From positions 124,001 through 188,000 of the IMG/VR virus record IMGVR_UViG_3300032268_000832: a stretch of DNA of 64,000 nucleotides, one strand, 5' to 3'. The notes beneath the pieces were generated by a model. It saw only the letters and a list, made by a program, of their open reading frames with translations. It was not told where the DNA came from and ran no database searches. Position 1 is the first letter of the stretch. Each line of letters begins with the position of its first letter. The position numbers were made by a program, and so were the translations under genes. Below, piece by piece: positions 51,929 to 61,271 of this stretch.

Positions 51929-52438
51929 ATGAAATTCAGAAATTATTGTATTGTTGTTATTGGTGATACTAAAGCTGTTTATCCTGAAGTTGACAAGGTA
52001 AGTGAAGGTAAACCAAATTTTTTAGATGGTAAGGGTATGATTATATCAACCTTCACTTCTTTTATGGACCCAATAGAATTAACCGATTATTTTACTTTTA
52101 ATAATAGGAATTTTTTATTATTTGATTTAAACAAAGATAATTCAGGATATTGTATAAACAAAAAAGATATTCATGAATCTTTATTTGGTTTTTTAAGGGA
52201 TATGGATGAAGAAACATTAAAACATAAATCGGAAGATTTTTTAAATGTATTAAAAAATGAAGATGTTATCGTAACAGCGAAAACAGAAAATATAATAACT
52301 AAATGTGTGGTCACTGAGAAAGAAATAGAGAAAATGACCAAAAACCAAAAGCAAGCATTATTCGACAAGATAATTGATGCTGGGGTTGAAAATCTAACAG
52401 AAGAAGATAAAAAAATATTGGATTTGTTAGTAAAATAA
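51929..52438 (+). CDS. Hypothetical protein
   Basis: 169 aa; C-terminal LFDKIIDAGVENLTEEDKKIL small helical motif. Confidence 0.6.
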   Translation: MKFRNYCIVVIGDTKAVYPEVDKVSEGKPNFLDGKGMIISTFTSFMDPIELTDYFTFNNRNFLLFDLNKDNSGYCINKKDIHESLFGFLRDMDEETLKHKSEDFLNVLKNEDVIVTAKTENIITKCVVTEKEIEKMTKNQKQALFDKIIDAGVENLTEEDKKILDLLVK

Positions 52439-52479
52439 ATGATAAAACCCTTGACTTTTAAGGGTTTTATCATTATAAT
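52439..52479 (+). promoter_or_regulatory. Sigma-gene promoter embedded in a perfect 14-bp inverted repeat
   Basis: ATGATAAAACCCTT-gactttt-AAGGGTTTTATCAT (52439-52473) containing TTGACT(52451-56)-N17-TATAAT(52474-79). Confidence 0.6.
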
Positions 52480-52520
52480 TTATTGTTAAATAACAATAAA
52501 CAGAAAAAAGAAAAGTATTA

Positions 52521-53342
52521 ATGAGTAAAAAATTTTTAAACTACAATGCAGATGATACCATATCAAAATATTTTAAAGAAATAAAAAAATCAACTGTGTT
52601 AACTCCAGACAAAGAAGTTGAGTTAGCAATAAGAATAAAAAAAGGTGACCAGTTAGCGATAGATGAATTAGTTAATGCAAATTTAAAATTTGTTATTTCA
52701 ATTGCCAAAGATTATCAAGGTCAAGGTTTAACGTTATCTGATTTAATAAGTGAGGGTAATTACGGATTAATTAAAGCTGCAACTAGATTTGACCATACAA
52801 GAGGTTTTAAATTTATATCTTATGCTGTTTGGTGGGTTAAACAATCAATAATTCAAAGTTTAAATGATAACGCTAGAGTTGTAAGATTACCAGCAAATGT
52901 TATCAATAAAATTTCAAAACTAAATAAAGAGTTTGGTAATGGTGAGGATAATGAAGATGAATTAATGCGTGAAATGTCTAGTTTTGATGAGTCGTTATTA
53001 AATTACCCTAAAACATCATCTCTTAATCAAAATGTAAATGAAGACGGTGGTGAGATAATCGATTTAATTATTGGTGATGAGTTAGAAAATAAATTAGAAG
53101 ATGTTGAAATATCAGACATAGTTAAAATAGAATTGAACAACATACTATCTATTTTAGATGAAAGAGAAAGAATGATAATTGAATCTTATTTTGGTATTAA
53201 TAACGAACATGATGGTATGACACTTGAAGCTATCGGTGACAAATATGATTTAACGAAAGAAAGAATCAGACAAATCAAAGAAAAAGCAATAAGAAAATTA
53301 AGACATAACACAAAAAAGTTACAAAGTCTTATTAATTTATAA
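52521..53342 (+). CDS. Phage-encoded RNA polymerase sigma-70 factor (RpoD-like, lacking region 1.1)
   Basis: ANLKFVISIAKDY..DLISEGNYGLIKAATRFDHTRGFKFISYAVWWVKQSI, RVVRLP, MTLEAIG..LTKERIRQIKEKAIRKLR. Confidence 0.95.
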   Translation: MSKKFLNYNADDTISKYFKEIKKSTVLTPDKEVELAIRIKKGDQLAIDELVNANLKFVISIAKDYQGQGLTLSDLISEGNYGLIKAATRFDHTRGFKFISYAVWWVKQSIIQSLNDNARVVRLPANVINKISKLNKEFGNGEDNEDELMREMSSFDESLLNYPKTSSLNQNVNEDGGEIIDLIIGDELENKLEDVEISDIVKIELNNILSILDERERMIIESYFGINNEHDGMTLEAIGDKYDLTKERIRQIKEKAIRKLRHNTKKLQSLINL

Positions 53343-53372
53343 CAAATAAGTTTAAATCTATATTTATTAAAT

Positions 53373-54785
53373 ATGAAGTTCAAACTTAAATATGTCATGT
53401 TAGGTCTAGCTCTCGCTGTTGCTGGTTGCGCAGCATACTTTTCAGTATGGGGTCTTAGCCAACTATTTGCAGGTGCTAGCGTGTCTGTTATTATAATGGC
53501 GTCAGTATTAGAATTAGGTAAATTAGTAACAACAACAGCCTTACACACTTATTGGAACAAGTTAGCCAAAACACTTAGAATTTATTTAGCGATAAGTGTT
53601 GTTATATTAATGGTTATCACATCCGCTGGTATCTATGGGTTTCTTTCAAACGCTTACCAATCAACAGCAAATAAGTTAGAAATCCATGAAGGTGAGTTAG
53701 GTGTTTTAGATGCTAAAAAAGCAACCTTTGAAAAAAGTGTAGTTGATAATCAAAAATTAATAGACACTAAAACAAAGCGTTTAGACCAACTATCTAACTT
53801 AAGAAGTAGTCAAGAATCTAGATTAGATAATTCTGGTTCTAATAGAGCTAAAAATAGCGTTAGAGGTGATATTAAGTCTGCTGATAGTGAAATACAAAAA
53901 TTAAACACTGAAATAGATGTGTTAAATGCTAAAAACATTGTACTTTCAGATTCTATAAACGCATACAATGTTAAAGCAATTGAATTGAAATCTGGTAGTT
54001 CAGTCGCTGCTGAAGTTGGTCCTTTAAAATACATTGCCCAATTAACTGGTATCTCTATGGCTAGTGTTGTTAATTATTTGATATTACTTTTAATTTTTGT
54101 TTTTGACCCATTAGCAGTTGCTTTGGTTCTTATTACAAACAAAGTTTTTCAAATTGAAAAAGAAGAAGAAGATGAAACTAAAAAAATATTAGAAGATATA
54201 GTTGAAGTGTTAAATAATGAAGATGAAAAAAATGTTGAAGTACAAAATGAACCAAATTATAATAAATTCGAATATAAATCACCTGGAGTATCTACTAGAG
54301 AGCATGATAACGATGTTTTAGAAGAACCAATCGAATTTTCAGATGATGAAACAATTGAACAACCAATTTTTGAGAATATAATAGACCCAGTTGATGAACT
54401 TATCATAGATGGAGAATCTGGAGAAATTAAATTCCCAGAAAAACCTTTAGAAATAAATCAAGAAGTGTTCTTACCATCACCACAAGAAAAAGAAGAAGAT
54501 GAGGAAGAATATGATGAATCACATGCGTTAGATATGGTTATGAACCACATTTTAGGTGATTATGAAGAAGTGGTTGAAGTTGAAAATGAAGTTGCTAAAG
54601 TAGAAGAAGAAGTTGCTGTAGTTGAAGAAGAGATTTTACCAATTGAAGAAGAAAATTTAAACGCTAAAGGTAAGATAACCTTAGAAGAAATTAAAGAAGT
54701 TAAAGAAAGAAATAGAGGTTTTTCGGTAAACATTCCAGAACCAAAAAGAAATAATTTAATTCAAAGAATAACTGGGAAACGTTAA
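53373..54785 (+). CDS. Multi-pass membrane protein with coiled coil and acidic tail
   Basis: Three N-terminal hydrophobic helices, coiled coil, EVGPLKYIA..LLIFVFDPLAVALVL, E-rich C-terminus. Confidence 0.65.
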   Translation: MKFKLKYVMLGLALAVAGCAAYFSVWGLSQLFAGASVSVIIMASVLELGKLVTTTALHTYWNKLAKTLRIYLAISVVILMVITSAGIYGFLSNAYQSTANKLEIHEGELGVLDAKKATFEKSVVDNQKLIDTKTKRLDQLSNLRSSQESRLDNSGSNRAKNSVRGDIKSADSEIQKLNTEIDVLNAKNIVLSDSINAYNVKAIELKSGSSVAAEVGPLKYIAQLTGISMASVVNYLILLLIFVFDPLAVALVLITNKVFQIEKEEEDETKKILEDIVEVLNNEDEKNVEVQNEPNYNKFEYKSPGVSTREHDNDVLEEPIEFSDDETIEQPIFENIIDPVDELIIDGESGEIKFPEKPLEINQEVFLPSPQEKEEDEEEYDESHALDMVMNHILGDYEEVVEVENEVAKVEEEVAVVEEEILPIEEENLNAKGKITLEEIKEVKERNRGFSVNIPEPKRNNLIQRITGKR

Positions 54786-55396
54786 TGGTTTTAGATGAAA
54801 AAACATATGTGTTATCTGAAAATAATTATATTAAAGAGGAAACAAAAAAAACACAAATAGTAATAGGTCATACGTTTAATGACCAAATGAAACATTTTTT
54901 TGGGTGGAAACACCGATATAATGGAAAATATAAAAAAACAGCTGCATTTACTATAGATGCGGCTGGTTTTGTTTATAAACATTTCGAACCAAAATTTAAA
55001 TCTGATTTTTTTAATTCAGACGATTTAAACGACAAATCAATTATAATCCTTTTAGAAAACTATGGTTCTTTAAGCAAAGTTGTTGAAAAAAATCAATACA
55101 TTACGTGGTTAGGTGATATTTATAATAAACCAAAAGAGGTAATAGATAAGCGCTGGAGAAATAACAAATATTGGGATTCATATACTACAGAACAATTTAA
55201 TTCGTGTTTAGAATTAATTAAAGATTTGTGTGATGAGTTTAATATACCTAAAAAAGTTATTAGTCATAATACAAAAATAGATAATTTTTTTGATTATTCT
55301 GGTGTGTTATATAAAAGCAATTTGGATAAAAATTTTACAGATTTAAACCCATCATGGGGTTTTGAGATATTTAAAGAAAAACTAGAAGAACTATGA
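54785..55396 (+). CDS. N-acetylmuramoyl-L-alanine amidase-like (Amidase_2 fold), possibly degenerate
   Basis: QIVIGHT, AAFTIDAAGFVY, NDKSIIILLEN, YTTEQFNSCLELIKDLCDEFNIP, TDLNP. Confidence 0.6.
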   Translation: MVLDEKTYVLSENNYIKEETKKTQIVIGHTFNDQMKHFFGWKHRYNGKYKKTAAFTIDAAGFVYKHFEPKFKSDFFNSDDLNDKSIIILLENYGSLSKVVEKNQYITWLGDIYNKPKEVIDKRWRNNKYWDSYTTEQFNSCLELIKDLCDEFNIPKKVISHNTKIDNFFDYSGVLYKSNLDKNFTDLNPSWGFEIFKEKLEEL

Positions 55397-55890
55397 AAGA
55401 ACGTATAAACGAACATGACATGACAAAAAAAATGATGTCTATGATAAGAGGTGGTTATCAAAATGTTTTGGTAAAAGAAAATAGCGATGACGTTAAAGCT
55501 GTCGAGATTGAAAAAAACACACCGATTTATAAAGATGAGTTAAAAAAATTAAAAGAGATAGTTTACCCTATTGCTGTGATAAAATCTATCACGGTTTCAA
55601 AACAAGGTGATTCTAGAAACGTTAACATGAAAGTTGTGTTTTTAGAAGGTGATGAAGGTAGTGGTGTAAACAATAACCAATCAGACAGACAACAAATGCC
55701 AACTTGGGTTAACCAAGATAATCGTTCTGGTGTATATTTTGAAATGGATTTAATTAAAGGTTTTGAGGACCCTATTGTTAAAAACGTTTCTAACCCTAAA
55801 TTACCAGAAATATTAAATAAATTAGAAGGTTATTATGATGTTTGGGCAACAGAATGGGCTAAACAAAATATTGATGATTATTTAAAATAA
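55393..55890 (+). CDS. Hypothetical protein (possible head-internal)
   Basis: 165 aa; INE and VKE motifs near the N-terminus. Confidence 0.5.
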   Translation: MKERINEHDMTKKMMSMIRGGYQNVLVKENSDDVKAVEIEKNTPIYKDELKKLKEIVYPIAVIKSITVSKQGDSRNVNMKVVFLEGDEGSGVNNNQSDRQQMPTWVNQDNRSGVYFEMDLIKGFEDPIVKNVSNPKLPEILNKLEGYYDVWATEWAKQNIDDYLK

Positions 55891-55897
55891 TAGTATT

Positions 55898-56260
55898 ATG
55901 AATTTATTACAATTAAACAAACAAAACGTTTTATTAGGTATTATAATCGTTTTAGCGTTATACAACATTATTAACACCAATGGTATTAAAACAGATGTAA
56001 AAGCGTATAAAGATAAAATAGAATCAATACAAACAAAGGTTGACTCAGCTCAAGTTGTTGATAAAAACATATCGACCAAAATAGATTCAGTAAAAGAAAA
56101 TGTGATTTCTATTACAAAAGAAATACAACATATAGATAACACAATAACAATAGTAAAAAATCAAACAAATGAAAAAGTTAATAATATTGATAAGCTTTCT
56201 AATGCTGAGCTTGAGCAGTTTTTCACAAGTAGATACAACGAAAACAATTTTACCAAATAA
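55898..56260 (+). CDS. N-terminally anchored coiled-coil protein (i-spanin-like candidate)
   Basis: TM VLLGIIIVLALYNII followed by a coiled coil; overlaps the next gene by 92 nt. Confidence 0.5.
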   Translation: MNLLQLNKQNVLLGIIIVLALYNIINTNGIKTDVKAYKDKIESIQTKVDSAQVVDKNISTKIDSVKENVISITKEIQHIDNTITIVKNQTNEKVNNIDKLSNAELEQFFTSRYNENNFTK

Positions 56261-56570
56261 AATTCTAAGGTTAGTAGCTAAGGATTTACTTAGATACGAC
56301 GGTTGCAAAATTGAGTTAGAATTGACTAAAGAAAAAATCTTAAAACTTCAAGAAAGAGAAGCTCAAAAAGATACTATAATTTCATTGTATAAAGATAAAG
56401 ATGAAAACAATAAGTTTATCATTCACCAAAAAGATTTGCAAATAAACCAATACGAACATTTAACTGATGATTTACACAAAGAATTAAAAGGTCAAAAGGT
56501 TAAATCATTTTTTTGGAAAGCTGGTACTTTTTTAGGTATTATAACAACATCTTTCCTTTTGATAAAATAA
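56169..56570 (+). CDS. Signal-peptide coiled-coil protein with C-terminal TM (spanin-partner candidate)
   Basis: MKKLIILISFLMLSLSSFS|Q signal peptide, coiled coil, C-terminal FFWKAGTFLGIITTSFLLIK. Confidence 0.5.
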   Translation: MKKLIILISFLMLSLSSFSQVDTTKTILPNKILRLVAKDLLRYDGCKIELELTKEKILKLQEREAQKDTIISLYKDKDENNKFIIHQKDLQINQYEHLTDDLHKELKGQKVKSFFWKAGTFLGIITTSFLLIK

Positions 56571-56590
56571 AATTAAATGAAAACAAAAAT

Positions 56591-56613
56591 AAAGCCCGTT
56601 TTGGGCTTTTTTT
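56591..56613 (+). terminator. Intrinsic terminator
   Basis: AAAGCCC-gtttt-GGGCTTTTTTT. Confidence 0.8.
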
Positions 56614-56647
56614 ATTTATTGTAAATATTTATTAATAAAATATAACT

Positions 56648-56899
56648 ATGAATAAAAATAGTAAAAAAATAAACGAAGATATTACCAAATCTGATATTTC
56701 AAAAGAGATTAAGGTCTACATGGATTCAACAACTTTTAAAAATAAAGTTGAAAAAATAGTTAAAGATAGACTTAAAAATGATAAAGAATTAGAAGATAAA
56801 GTTGTTGAAATTACTAAAAACGTATTGACACAATTATATAAAACTCTTTGGGTTAAAAGAGGTGTCTGGAGAGACTCATTATCAAATAAAAACGCATAA
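56648..56899 (+). CDS. Small hypothetical protein (possible head-internal)
   Basis: 83 aa; KKINE near the N-terminus; ATATTTAT at 56625. Confidence 0.55.
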   Translation: MNKNSKKINEDITKSDISKEIKVYMDSTTFKNKVEKIVKDRLKNDKELEDKVVEITKNVLTQLYKTLWVKRGVWRDSLSNKNA

Positions 56900-56901
56900 C
56901 C

Positions 56902-58230
56902 ATGAAAAAAATAAAAATAACAAAAGAACAATATGAGAACCTAACTAAAATAGGTATCATAAAAGAAGGTGAAGATGTAATAACTAAAAGCTTTAGGAGA
57001 AGTATGGCTGGTAAGGATATACGTAATTTAAAATATGTACCAGAAGAGAAAGTTATTTTTGGTGATAAACTTAATTTAAAAAAACCATTACCAGGAATAA
57101 AAAACTCAATACATGAAGAAGTTAATTCTTTATTAGAATACATCTACGGTTTAAATGAAGAATTCTCAACATTTTGGGAAAATCATAATTTAACCTACGA
57201 AGACTTATGTGAAGCATTAGAATCTAAGGGTTATTTAGTAAAAAAAGAAGGTTCTTACAAAGTATCTAAAAAAATGGGTGATGTTAATTCCGTAAAAGAA
57301 GCTATATCACAAACACTTTCAGAAATGATTACACCAATCGATGAAGATTATCCAGCTGGAGCTGAATTTGATTCTAAAGCACCATACAATAGAGGTGAAT
57401 TAAACAAAATGTCAGGACAAAAATCTACTAAAAAATATGTTGATTTACAATATATGAACTTAGAAATGGCTATATTAAAAGATTTAAACACTGGTGAATT
57501 ATATGTGTTTGATTATGGACAAATGGACCCAAAAATATTTGAACCATATGTTGATAAATATGGTGAATTAGATTCTGTTGGTGATATAGAATTTAACGAT
57601 GATTTTGATATTGATGATGAGGTATTAGAAAACTATGTTAACGATAATTTTCAAGAAATGTCTAAGGGTGAGGGTGTTGAAGACTTTGAAAAAAACAGAA
57701 TGGATTTAGTGTTAATTGATGAAGAATTAAAAGATGAGTTATTGTATTTATACGACAAAGACAGTAAATTAGTTATGGTTTTAGAACCGATAGCTGAAAG
57801 TACTGGAGCAGCATCTTCTGGTGCTTATACTGCTTTATTCTCACCTTCAAATCAAAAACCAGAAGAATACAATGAAAAAAAATTACCACCAGTAGTTACT
57901 GAAACAGACACAGCAAGTGTTGGTAATATAGGTTATGATAACCCAGGTTTTGTTGGTATTTCAAGAGATGGTAAATTCCCAACCAACCCAAAAAAAACTA
58001 AAGCTCAAAAAAACACACAATGGGCTGGTGGTTCATTTGTTGAATTCGATGATTGTACGAAGTTAAATAATAACAAAGAAGCGCAGAAGGGTAAATGTAG
58101 TACAGGGGCTGCTAACAATGTTGTTAAATTAAAGAGCACCAAAAGTAATATTAACGCACCATCATTATCTGAAGGTAAAAAATACACGATTTATAAGTTA
58201 GATAGACTTGTTAAAAAAAATAACATATAA
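56902..58230 (+). CDS. Hypothetical protein, candidate head-internal/processed protein
   Basis: MKKIKITKEQY start; recurring [ILV]-x-E motifs (IKE, IDE, IAE, VTE, LSE) separating segments. Confidence 0.55.
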   Translation: MKKIKITKEQYENLTKIGIIKEGEDVITKSFRRSMAGKDIRNLKYVPEEKVIFGDKLNLKKPLPGIKNSIHEEVNSLLEYIYGLNEEFSTFWENHNLTYEDLCEALESKGYLVKKEGSYKVSKKMGDVNSVKEAISQTLSEMITPIDEDYPAGAEFDSKAPYNRGELNKMSGQKSTKKYVDLQYMNLEMAILKDLNTGELYVFDYGQMDPKIFEPYVDKYGELDSVGDIEFNDDFDIDDEVLENYVNDNFQEMSKGEGVEDFEKNRMDLVLIDEELKDELLYLYDKDSKLVMVLEPIAESTGAASSGAYTALFSPSNQKPEEYNEKKLPPVVTETDTASVGNIGYDNPGFVGISRDGKFPTNPKKTKAQKNTQWAGGSFVEFDDCTKLNNNKEAQKGKCSTGAANNVVKLKSTKSNINAPSLSEGKKYTIYKLDRLVKKNNI

Positions 58231-58287
58231 AGTATGATATCACAGTTTTTATATAAAACTGTGATATTTATTATAAAATACATTGAA

Positions 58288-60003
58288 ATGGATAAAAATA
58301 ACATTAAAAAACAATTAGTTAAAAGATTTGTAAACGAAGCTACTCCTGGTATTGATGTAACAAAAGCTATTTTAACTAAATCTAAAGCGTTTAATGATGA
58401 AGGTTTAAAAGACATCGAGAAAAATCTTAAAGCTGCTGATAAAGGTCAAAAGAAATCTGCTTCTAAAACCAAGGACATGGCGCAAAACAAATTCAACTAC
58501 AATTCTGATTTTGAGAAAGAGTATCACCAAGAAATGGAGATAATGAATGGTCCAGAAATGAATGAATATGATAGAGACCCAGACAAAATGTTCAAAGAAA
58601 GAGCAAAAAGAGCAATAGAAGGTCACCCAACTATGGGTAATAGTCCAGACTATGCTAATGTTGTTCCAGAACAACAAGGGTTTACAGGACCAACTTTTGG
58701 TAAAAAATTGGTTCAAGCTATTAAAGACTCAAATAAAAAGAGAGAAGACGCTGTTAAGGGTATTATTAGTTTTGGTGACGACATTGAAACAGTACCAGAT
58801 AATTATGCACCAATGGCTAAATTTTCATCTTTGTCTGAGAGTGAAGACAAAACAAAAATGGATGACCCAGATGATATGTCACAATCAGACGCTTCTGGTG
58901 ATGACTACGAAAAAGCTAGCAGAGAAATCGCTATGAAAGATAAAACTAACAATAAATCACAAATAAAAGAAGGAATGAAAAGATTAAAATTCAAACAAGA
59001 ATTCAAAGGTGTTGGAAACGCTTTGAAGCTTATCCCTGAATCATATAGAGTTGATAACAAAGTATTTGAAATGACTGACGGTGTTGAGTCATATAGAATG
59101 CGTTGGGAGGGAACACTTACTGAAGGTAAAGCGATTGTGCTTATGGCTTCTGACAAAACCTTGGTTAACGAGGATATGCAAAAAATGAAACACCTTATGG
59201 GGTATAAATCTCAAGATACTCTTGGAACAGTTAAAGGTAAATCTAGAATTGATGAAAATGTTATTTTCTCTGATATCTGGAAAAAATCTGTAGTTCTTAT
59301 TGAAGGTGAAGATATTGAATCACAAAAAGCTCCAGAGAAAAAAACTGACGAAAAAGTTGCTCAAGCTGGTGAAGCTAAAAAACATGTTAAGGGTTCAGAA
59401 ACCACTGACAAAGGCACAAAAGCACCTGCTGCTAAAACTGGTTCAGCTGATTCATTAGAAAAAGTTAAAAAACAAGCACCAGACGCTAAAAAACACGTAC
59501 AAGGTAGTGTTGAGAAAAAAGTAGGATTAGGTCTTGGTGACCAATCTGAAGGTGAAGGTGAATGGGACCAAATAGATGTACCACAAGCAGCTGCTCATGG
59601 TAATCCATCAAAAACTACATATGCTGCAAAACCAGCTACAGGTGAATGGGATAAAGCTAAACCAGCTCACGCGGCAGACGCTAAAAAACATGTTCACATG
59701 AAAGAAGGTATCCAATTAGGTGAAAGTTATTTCGCACCAATGGATGAAGCATGGATGGAAGAAATGATGAATGGTGGTATGGGTGAAAACTACATGGGTG
59801 AAGAAGAAGAATACGTTGATTACACAATGGGTAGAGACGATGAAGACCAATTACCAAACCCTCCAAGAGAACTTAATATCCCTATGGATGAAGAAATGGA
59901 TTCTTTATATGAATTTGAAGAAGAAGAAAAAGACATGGATGAAATGGATTCATTGATGGAAGGTGAAGAAGAAGACGAAGAAGACTACGAAGACGAAGAA
60001 TAA
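58288..60003 (+). CDS. Large charged protein with internal repeats and acidic tail; candidate head-internal/scaffold protein
   Basis: Start moved from 58234 to ATG 58288 because ATATTTAT lies at 58264; AKKHV x3, GEWD x2, poly-E tail. Confidence 0.6.
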   Translation: MDKNNIKKQLVKRFVNEATPGIDVTKAILTKSKAFNDEGLKDIEKNLKAADKGQKKSASKTKDMAQNKFNYNSDFEKEYHQEMEIMNGPEMNEYDRDPDKMFKERAKRAIEGHPTMGNSPDYANVVPEQQGFTGPTFGKKLVQAIKDSNKKREDAVKGIISFGDDIETVPDNYAPMAKFSSLSESEDKTKMDDPDDMSQSDASGDDYEKASREIAMKDKTNNKSQIKEGMKRLKFKQEFKGVGNALKLIPESYRVDNKVFEMTDGVESYRMRWEGTLTEGKAIVLMASDKTLVNEDMQKMKHLMGYKSQDTLGTVKGKSRIDENVIFSDIWKKSVVLIEGEDIESQKAPEKKTDEKVAQAGEAKKHVKGSETTDKGTKAPAAKTGSADSLEKVKKQAPDAKKHVQGSVEKKVGLGLGDQSEGEGEWDQIDVPQAAAHGNPSKTTYAAKPATGEWDKAKPAHAADAKKHVHMKEGIQLGESYFAPMDEAWMEEMMNGGMGENYMGEEEEYVDYTMGRDDEDQLPNPPRELNIPMDEEMDSLYEFEEEEKDMDEMDSLMEGEEEDEEDYEDEE

Positions 60004-60012
60004 AAAAAAATT

Positions 60013-60043
60013 AAAACCCTCTAAAATTTAGAGGGTTTTTTTT
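60013..60043 (+). terminator. Intrinsic terminator
   Basis: AAAACCCTCTAAA-a-TTTAGAGGGTTTTTTTT. Confidence 0.85.
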
Positions 60044-60079
60044 GTTTTACAAAATATTTATATAAAAACAATATATATT

Positions 60080-60694
60080 ATGAGTATCTCAAAACTACAA
60101 GAAAAAATCGGTGTACAAGCCGATGGAGCCTTCGGGCCTAACACGCTAAAAAAAGCAATGGCGTTTTATAACATGACACCAGAAAGAGCAGCACATTTCT
60201 TTGGGCAAACTTCACATGAAACTGGTGGTTTCGCAAAATTCAGCGAAAATTTAAATTATTCAGCACAAGGATTACAAGGTATCTTTGGTAAGTATTTCCC
60301 AGGTACGCTTGAGGAATCTTACGCTCGTCAACCAGAAAAGATTGCAAACAGAGTTTACGCATCTAGAATGGGTAACGGAGATGAGAAATCTGGCGATGGA
60401 TGGAAATTCAGAGGTAGAGGAGCGCTTCAATTAACTGGTAAGGATAATTACAAATTATTCTCTGAAAGCCTTAAAAGACCTGAAATTATGACAAACCCAG
60501 ATTTAGTTGCTGGAGAGTTAGCTTTTGAATCAGCTATTTTCTTTTTCAATAAAAACAAATTATGGGATATTTGCGACAAAGGTGTTAACGATGCTTCAAT
60601 TTTAGCGTTAACCAAAAGAATTAACGGTGGAACTCACGGTCTAGATGATAGAACTGAGAAAACAAAAAAATACTACGGTTGGTTAACAGCATAA
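60080..60694 (+). CDS. Glycoside hydrolase family 19 endolysin with short N-terminal PG-binding-like motif
   Basis: LQEKIGVQADGAFGPNT; AHFFGQTSHETGGF..ENLNYS; GDGWKFRGRGALQLTGKDNY; TKRINGGTHGLDDR. Confidence 0.9.
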   Translation: MSISKLQEKIGVQADGAFGPNTLKKAMAFYNMTPERAAHFFGQTSHETGGFAKFSENLNYSAQGLQGIFGKYFPGTLEESYARQPEKIANRVYASRMGNGDEKSGDGWKFRGRGALQLTGKDNYKLFSESLKRPEIMTNPDLVAGELAFESAIFFFNKNKLWDICDKGVNDASILALTKRINGGTHGLDDRTEKTKKYYGWLTA

Positions 60695-60748
60695 CCAAAA
60701 AGTATTTATTTTTCTAATGTTATTCATATATTATAATAAAACATTAGA

Positions 60749-61225
60749 ATGAATGAAAATTACGATAAATCTAGATTTCTAGCGTACATACATCAGCCCA
60801 TGAGTTGGGAAGCCATTCAAATGATATACACTAAAAATAATATACTATTTCAAAAGTGTGAACTCTTTAATGATTTTGTTAAGAGTTTATTATTGAAGGT
60901 TTTCGAAACTTACATGGGCGATGATGTTACGAATCAAAACGAACAACTTAACCATTTTAATTGGTGTTGGGTTAAAACCCTTGAGGGTTTTGAAGGTGAA
61001 GGTTTTTTATTTAATAATGATAATCTATATCATTATTTTTTAGAATTTTGTTTTGAAGTATTTTATTCCAATAAAGATAAATCAAAACAAGGATTTGAAA
61101 TAGGTATTTTAAATATTTGGAATGACCTATTTAATTACAATAAAACAAAAACAAATTCAGATGTTGATGCGTTGGTTGAGATATATTCATTAATGGATAT
61201 TTCATTAAAAACCAATAAAAAATGA
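60749..61225 (+). CDS. Hypothetical protein
   Basis: 158-aa ORF; no motif recognised. Confidence 0.6.
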   Translation: MNENYDKSRFLAYIHQPMSWEAIQMIYTKNNILFQKCELFNDFVKSLLLKVFETYMGDDVTNQNEQLNHFNWCWVKTLEGFEGEGFLFNNDNLYHYFLEFCFEVFYSNKDKSKQGFEIGILNIWNDLFNYNKTKTNSDVDALVEIYSLMDISLKTNKK

Positions 61226-61271
61226 GTTTTACTATTTATTTTTAAAAATAAATGTTTAGTTTTAGGTAATT

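Noticed and set aside
11053-55123. Intragenic ATATTTAT copies (11053, 55116)
   Set aside because: The 8-mer is AT-only and expected by chance in this genome. These copies could be internal promoters but cannot be supported from sequence alone.
58234-58287. ORF-track start at 58234
   Set aside because: The ATATTTAT box at 58264 and the A-rich context favour ATG 58288.
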